Source: a bacterium (GTDB lineage Bacteria > Hinthialibacterota > Hinthialibacteria > Hinthialibacterales > Hinthialibacteraceae). From it: a DNA stretch of 10,607 bases. Position 1 is the stretch's first letter; every line of letters begins with the position of its first letter. A program made the translations under genes and the position numbers. Location: contig JBHGBC010000191.1 in the NCBI GenBank assembly GCA_041946805.1, forward strand, positions 1-10,607. The letters run 5' to 3'. This document shows, piece after piece, positions 6,061 to 10,607 of the stretch. The notes below the pieces were generated by a model. It made no database searches and was not told the DNA's origin. It saw only the letters and a list, made by a program, of their open reading frames with translations.

Positions 6061-9000
6061 ATGTCAAGAGGTGTGTTGCCGAATCGCGCGGCGGTGGAGA
6101 GCCGATGGGCCCGGACCGGTTTTTGGCTGATGGGGTGGGCTGGAATCGCGGCGCTCGCCGTTTATTCCCACGAATGGAACCCGGTTTTGGCAACCGGGCA
6201 TGAAAACGGCTCTCTCACCGCATCACGAAGCGTCCGCCCTACCGCCCTGACCATCGTATCCGGGACCGTTCCGCACGCGATGGCGCTTCCCCTATCCGGA
6301 AATCCTCTGGCGCCGATGGAATCCATCCCATCCCCTTCCGTGTTGAAGTTGCTGGCGGACGACGCCCACGACGGGGATGCGCACGGCGCGGCGGTGGCGG
6401 TCAGCGGAAACTGCGTGGTGGCCGGAGCGTACCGGGCCGGCGAGGGCCGGGGCGCGGTGTACATCTGGGAGCCGGACGAGGCGGGGACCGGGAATTGGAA
6501 TCAGGTGATCCGCCTGACGATCCCGGACGGGCGGGAGCAGGAGTGGTTCGGATACGCGGTGGCGGTCAGCGGAGACATGGTGGCCGCCGGGGCTTACGGA
6601 TTCCGTTCGGGCGCGGGTACGGTTTACCTGTTCGCGCAGGATCCCGGCGACAGGCATGGCTGGGATCTGGTAAAAAGCCTCACGGCCTCCGATGGGGGAG
6701 CGGGAGACCGGTTTGGTTCCTCGTTGGCCTTGAGCGGTGACATGTTGCTCATTGGCGCTCCCGGTCATGACGCGTATCAGGGAACTGCCTACCTCTATGA
6801 ACGGAATCACGGAGGAACCAATCAATGGGGGGAGGTCAAGAAGCTGACGGCGTCGGAGGGGGAAGGCGGGGACCGGTTCGGGATCGCGGTGGCGATCGAT
6901 GGGGATACGGCCGTCATCGGCTCGGACGGAAAAAACGATTTTACCGGCGGAGTATGCGTGTTCGAAAGGAATGTATGGGGTGAGAATCAATGGGGCCGCC
7001 TGCAGCAGCTGAAGCCGGACAATCTCAAGCCCCATGATTTTTTTGGATCGTCGGTGGCGGTTCAAGGAAATACCCTCCTGATCGGCGCGCCGGGGGATGA
7101 CGATCCGGCCAGTGACGGGGGGGCGGTGTACGTGTATACCCGCGGGGATGATCCCGTGGAACCCTGGCGGCCGGCGCAAAAGTTGACGGCCACGGGGGGA
7201 GGAGAGGATGAGCGGTTCGGCAGCGCTACCGCTGTCTACGAGGATTTGTTGCTGATCGGCGCCCAGTGGAACAACAGCCGGGGCGAGTACGCGGGAGCGG
7301 CGTATGTATTCGAGCCGGCCGCCGGAACAGGCCGTTCCTGGCGGCCATTCAAAAAGTTGACCCCCTTCGATGGCCAGGAGCAGGACCGGTTCGGCCATGC
7401 CGTGGCGCTTAGCGGGGCTTTCGCGGTGATCGGCACGCACCGGGGTGATTATGACCCGGGAGCGGTGTATCTAATGCCCAACACGAACCAACCTATATTG
7501 AACGTGACCCAGGACCGTTTGGTCTTGGATGAGGATACCCAGTCCAACGCTTTGGCCTTTACGGTCATCAGTCCAGAAGGCGCGAATCCAAGGGTACGGG
7601 CCGTTTCCAGCGATCCGGTGCTGATCCCGGATGAAAACCTGCGTCTCACCCATCTGGGTCAAGGCCAATGGGAATTGATCGTGACTCCCGCGGCCGGCCG
7701 CTTCGGCGGACCGGTGACCGTCACCCTGGAAGCGGATGATGGGCAGGGGGGAACCGGCCAGGCGGTGGTGACAATTCAGGTGAATGATGTAAACGACGCG
7801 CCGGCCATCGTGGAACCCGATCCGGTCCCGGTGGTGATGGACCAGAACGGATATCCCTTGGGATTCTCCCTCACGCTTCATGCCGAAGATGTGGACGGGG
7901 ATCCCTTGACTTGGCGGATCCTGGTCCCCGCCAACCATGGCGTGGCGCGCGTGAACGGCACAGGCTACGCCAAAGCCATCCGGTACACGCCGGTGTACAA
8001 TTTCAGCGGCCAGGACCGTTTCACCGTGCAGGCCGGCGATGGACGGGGAGGAATCGACACGCGGACCATCCAGGTGACGATCCGGCCGCGGAGTGAAACA
8101 ACGACCGGCCAGACCAATCCACCCGGCACAGGATCCCCCACACCCACGGGGCCGGCCAACGGCTCGGGCACCGCGACACCCACTTTCACGGACGGAGGAG
8201 TTGTTCCTGCCAGGACGCCGGATCTTCCACCATCCACACCGGTTCCCACGCCTACCCCGACGCCGACGCCCACCCCGTCCCCGGTTGTGGTTCCTATTCC
8301 CGTGGATTCCGTGGAAGTCTTCGACGACGAAGCGGATACCGCGCCGTTAACCGGGATAACGGATTTCGATACCGTATCAGACCGGCGGCTGACCCTACGT
8401 TGGAATTATTCGGGCGGATGGACGGTGACGGACTGGCATGTCTACGTCCGCCAGGGAGACGGCGGGTTTTTCTACCTCGGCCGGACGGGTAACGGTGACA
8501 GCCGGATGTTTGTTTGGACCCGGCCGGATTTCAATTCGCAGTACCAATTCCGGGTTTGGGGATTGTATAAAAACGATTCTGGTCAAAACCGGACCGTGGT
8601 GCTGAGCCAGTCCGGACCCATGGGTTACAACCTGGCCGGGGGGCATACCATCACGTTGCAGAACATCAGCAATCCGGACGATCTCGCTCCGGGAACGGTG
8701 AGGATCACGGACGATTTGTATCATAACCAGGATCTCCGCGGCGGAACGGACCGTGATTCCGAAATCGAGAGAGCGCTGGTCTTGAAGTTCAATCCGGGCG
8801 CGGGCGATTATACCAACGCGCATGTGCAGGTCAGCACGAACGGGAAAGACTTTGAATATCTGGGCCAGACCGGTTCGGGAAATTTGGGCTATTTCCGGTT
8901 CGACGCGAATGGATCATTTGCCCTAGCCGTTCCATGGAACGCCGGCCCTCAGAACAATACCACTTATTGGTTCCGGGTGATCGCGTTTCCCAGCGGCGGC

Positions 9001-9816
9001 GGACCCGTCACGATGGAGACCGGTCCGGTGTTGTATCAAGTGGAGCCTCCCGCGGAATCGCCCACGCCCGCCGCGGTGGAAGCGTATGATGATGAACACA
9101 GCCGCGAACCGCTTACCGGGAGGACGGATTTCGATGATCCCGCTGACCGCAAACTGTCGATTCGGTGGCATTGGGATGGCGCCGAGCCGGTGACGGATTG
9201 GCATGTGTATGTCCGGAAAGGCAGCGGGGGGTATGGTTTTCTGGGCCGCACGGGGAACGGGGAGGCCCGGATGTTGAATTGGCTGTCTCCCGAGATCAAC
9301 GCGCAATATCAGTTCCGGGTATGGGGCTTGTATAAAAATGACCGGGGTGAAGACCGCCTGGTGGTTCTCAGCCAGGCCGGGCCCATGGGTTACACGCTGG
9401 AGAACTCCCAGGCGGTGACGCTGAAAATGGTCAGCAATCCCACCGATGTGGCGCCGGGCCAAGCCATTGTCGTGGACGATCTGCTGCATGGAACGGACTT
9501 GAGCGGCCAGGAAGATGAAGACACACCGTTGGAGCGGGCCTTGGTTTTGAAGTGGAATCCCGGTGAAGGGACATTCATCAACACGCACATTCTCGCCGGC
9601 ACGGATGGACTGAATTACTCGTACCTGGGGCAAACGGGCGCGGAGGACATACAGTATTTCCGGTTTGACGCGAACGGTACTTTCGCCGAATCCGGTGACT
9701 GGAAGAAAGGTCCCCAGAATCAAACCACGTACTGGTTCCGGATTGTTGCTCTGCGGGAGAAGGGTAAACCCGTGACGCTGAATGCCGGCCCGGTGAGGTT
9801 TAAAATGAAGGAATAA
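6061..9816 (+). CDS. Large modular surface/adhesin-like protein: FG-GAP beta-propeller, 2 cadherin-like Ig domains, Pro/Thr linker, 4 tandem unknown domains
   Basis: The open frame runs from 5761, but ATG 6061 (AAGGA upstream, followed by a basic and then hydrophobic segment) is the more plausible start, giving 1251 aa. Domains were recognised by motif (see sub-features). The start position is uncertain. Confidence 0.85.
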   Translation: MSRGVLPNRAAVESRWARTGFWLMGWAGIAALAVYSHEWNPVLATGHENGSLTASRSVRPTALTIVSGTVPHAMALPLSGNPLAPMESIPSPSVLKLLADDAHDGDAHGAAVAVSGNCVVAGAYRAGEGRGAVYIWEPDEAGTGNWNQVIRLTIPDGREQEWFGYAVAVSGDMVAAGAYGFRSGAGTVYLFAQDPGDRHGWDLVKSLTASDGGAGDRFGSSLALSGDMLLIGAPGHDAYQGTAYLYERNHGGTNQWGEVKKLTASEGEGGDRFGIAVAIDGDTAVIGSDGKNDFTGGVCVFERNVWGENQWGRLQQLKPDNLKPHDFFGSSVAVQGNTLLIGAPGDDDPASDGGAVYVYTRGDDPVEPWRPAQKLTATGGGEDERFGSATAVYEDLLLIGAQWNNSRGEYAGAAYVFEPAAGTGRSWRPFKKLTPFDGQEQDRFGHAVALSGAFAVIGTHRGDYDPGAVYLMPNTNQPILNVTQDRLVLDEDTQSNALAFTVISPEGANPRVRAVSSDPVLIPDENLRLTHLGQGQWELIVTPAAGRFGGPVTVTLEADDGQGGTGQAVVTIQVNDVNDAPAIVEPDPVPVVMDQNGYPLGFSLTLHAEDVDGDPLTWRILVPANHGVARVNGTGYAKAIRYTPVYNFSGQDRFTVQAGDGRGGIDTRTIQVTIRPRSETTTGQTNPPGTGSPTPTGPANGSGTATPTFTDGGVVPARTPDLPPSTPVPTPTPTPTPTPSPVVVPIPVDSVEVFDDEADTAPLTGITDFDTVSDRRLTLRWNYSGGWTVTDWHVYVRQGDGGFFYLGRTGNGDSRMFVWTRPDFNSQYQFRVWGLYKNDSGQNRTVVLSQSGPMGYNLAGGHTITLQNISNPDDLAPGTVRITDDLYHNQDLRGGTDRDSEIERALVLKFNPGAGDYTNAHVQVSTNGKDFEYLGQTGSGNLGYFRFDANGSFALAVPWNAGPQNNTTYWFRVIAFPSGGGPVTMETGPVLYQVEPPAESPTPAAVEAYDDEHSREPLTGRTDFDDPADRKLSIRWHWDGAEPVTDWHVYVRKGSGGYGFLGRTGNGEARMLNWLSPEINAQYQFRVWGLYKNDRGEDRLVVLSQAGPMGYTLENSQAVTLKMVSNPTDVAPGQAIVVDDLLHGTDLSGQEDEDTPLERALVLKWNPGEGTFINTHILAGTDGLNYSYLGQTGAEDIQYFRFDANGTFAESGDWKKGPQNQTTYWFRIVALREKGKPVTLNAGPVRFKMKE
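6346..7473 (+). repeat. Seven FG-GAP (integrin-alpha-like) repeats, predicted 7-bladed beta-propeller
   Basis: Seven copies of kLt..dg...DrFG.sVA.sGd..liGAp...GavYvf, for example DRFGSSLALSGDMLLIGAP and DFFGSSVAVQGNTLLIGAP. Confidence 0.9.
7480..8088 (+). other. Two cadherin-like / bacterial Ig-like domains
   Basis: Motifs LDEDT, SSDPVLIP, TPAAGRFG, DDG, VNDVNDAP, DVDGDPLTW, PANHG, YTPVYNFSGQDRFTV, DGRGG. Confidence 0.8.
8092..8310 (+). repeat. Pro/Thr-rich low-complexity linker including (PT)n
   Basis: TTTGQTNPPGTGSPTPTG...PSTPVPTPTPTPTPTPSP. Confidence 0.9.
8311..9813 (+). repeat. Intragenic tandem duplication with a 765-bp (255-aa) period, made of two related ~120-aa domains (A1-B1-A2-B2)
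   Basis: A1 starts at 8311 and A2 at 9076; B1 starts at 8692 and B2 at 9457. A1 and A2 align without gaps at about 77/127 identical residues (hand count). Confidence 0.9.
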
Positions 9817-9955
9817 GTGGCCAGAAATCGCCTTATCCAGAATATTCGCTTGGATGAATTATATCGTGATGCATTTGGCGGCACCGGCACGATCCATTTG
9901 CTGATCCTGCCCGGTTTTCTTAATCCGCATTACCTCCTTCCCACCCCCAGAAGTG

Positions 9956-9980
9956 GTCATCCGCGCAAAAGCAGGGATCC
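9956..9980 (+). repeat. Degenerate CGTC/GTCAT-type REP
   Basis: GTCATCCGCGCAAAAGCAGGGATCC resembles the GTCATYCCCGCGAAAGCGGGRATCC REP pattern with about 3 substitutions. Confidence 0.55.
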
Positions 9981-10005
9981 CATGATCTGCCTGAATCCAT
10001 TACCC

Positions 10006-10033
10006 GCAAGGGCGCGTGGCAGCATGCCCCTGC
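10006..10033. repeat. Degenerate GTAG-GGGCA-type REP palindrome
   Basis: GCAAGGGCGCG-TGGCAG-CATGCCCCTGC; the - strand reads GCAGGGGCATG...CGCGCCC. Confidence 0.5.
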
Positions 10034-10151
10034 TTGTTTACGAGATGATCATCTACGAGTCGGTCTTCTTTTCTTGCAACTATTTACCCGATCGCAGAAC
10101 TTTTTCAATGCTTTATTCGTGTATGAGTATGGATGGGTACACGAAACGATT

Positions 10152-10186
10152 CCCTCTCCCTCTGGGAGAGTGTCAGGGTGAAGGAA
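10152..10186 (+). repeat. CCCTCTCCC-family REP, copy 5 (degenerate)
   Basis: CCCTCTCCC-TCT-GGGAGAGTG-TCAGGGTGAAGGAA, 3 substitutions relative to copy 2. Confidence 0.8.
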
Positions 10187-10240
10187 TATATCAAGGAAAT
10201 GGCAACCCGGCGTTTGTCAGAAAAACCTGGATGCTGAACA

Positions 10241-10319
10241 GGAGGGCGAGGCTCCCGCCGAGCCGAAAGCTTTCGACATGCTCCACCCTTTCCGCGGCTC
10301 ACTCGGAGGTTCACCCTCC
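10241..10319. repeat. GGAG-type inverted REP pair (REPIN-like)
   Basis: GGAGGGCGAGGCTCCCGCCGAGCCG (10241-10265) versus the reverse complement of 10295-10319, GGAGGGTGAACCTCCGAGTGAGCCG. 18/25 identical, 29-bp spacer. Confidence 0.7.
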
Positions 10320-10387
10320 GGAGCAGGATTTGGAGTAAAAAATCAGCCCCTCCGGATGGAATCAGGGTAAGAATAGTCCAGAAAGAG

Positions 10388-10396
10388 TGGTATAAC
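10388..10396 (+). promoter_or_regulatory. Possible extended -10 promoter (TGgTATAAC) for the gene starting at 10586
   Basis: TGn plus TATAAC (5/6 match to TATAAT, missing the conserved last T). No clear -35. Confidence 0.3.
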
Positions 10397-10585
10397 TTCT
10401 GCAGACGGCTAAATAGTGACCATGTCCCTATTGGTATCTCATGGCCACAAACCAATGGGCGGAACTTGTTACCGGGCGTCTACGGCGCGGCATGAGCCTA
10501 AATCCGAAAGGGCGCCTTGGATAATAGCGGCCCAAAATCCCCTCTCCCCTGGGCTACTCTCCGTACACAACCGAGGAGGTATATA

Positions 10586-10607
10586 ATGTTACCCCAAAAA
10601 CGACAAT
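10586..10607 (+). CDS. Start of a downstream gene, truncated by the window edge (MLPQKRQ...)
   Basis: Very strong RBS GAGGAGGT at 10573-10580, 5 nt before the ATG. The product cannot be identified. Confidence 0.65.

Noticed and set aside
8245..8283. Phase-variable DNA microsatellite in the (PT)n tract
   Set aside because: Codons are mixed (ccc acg cct acc ccg acg), so the repeat is at the protein level rather than a slippage tract.
9960..10033. c-di-GMP-I riboswitch (CGCAAAAGC...GCCTGAATCC...GGCAGC)
   Set aside because: No GGCAAAC/GNRA P2 stem. The sequence is better explained by two decayed REPs.
9817..10455. ORFs 9817-10338 (+) and 10105-10455 (-)
   Set aside because: They run through several REP elements (PLPLGECQGEG, RRARLPPSR) and show no domain signature.
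10408..10465. Pistol, twister or HDV-like ribozyme
   Set aside because: Only isolated motifs match (UAAAUAG, nested stems). The required P1-loop partner, P3/L3 and catalytic residues are missing.

Overview
GC-rich bacterial chromosomal window with four complete genes, all apparently encoding exported proteins. They are a Tat-signal gamma-glutamyltransferase-family Ntn-hydrolase (+), a single-domain GH20 hexosaminidase-like enzyme (+), a pectate-lyase-3-type beta-helix protein (-), and a ~1250-aa modular surface protein (+). The large protein has 7 FG-GAP blades, 2 cadherin-like Ig domains, a Pro/Thr linker and four tandem copies (A-B-A-B) of a ~120-aa domain I cannot assign to a named family. 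A further gene begins at the right edge behind a long, possibly structured leader. The intergenic DNA is crowded with palindromic REP-like repeats of about six sequence types. It also holds a 209-bp MITE-like element (2128-2336) with 20-bp terminal inverted repeats and a perfect 8-bp flanking direct repeat, carrying a composite REP as cargo. No transposase, RNA gene or CRISPR array was recognised. All calls are by eye; no database searches were run.
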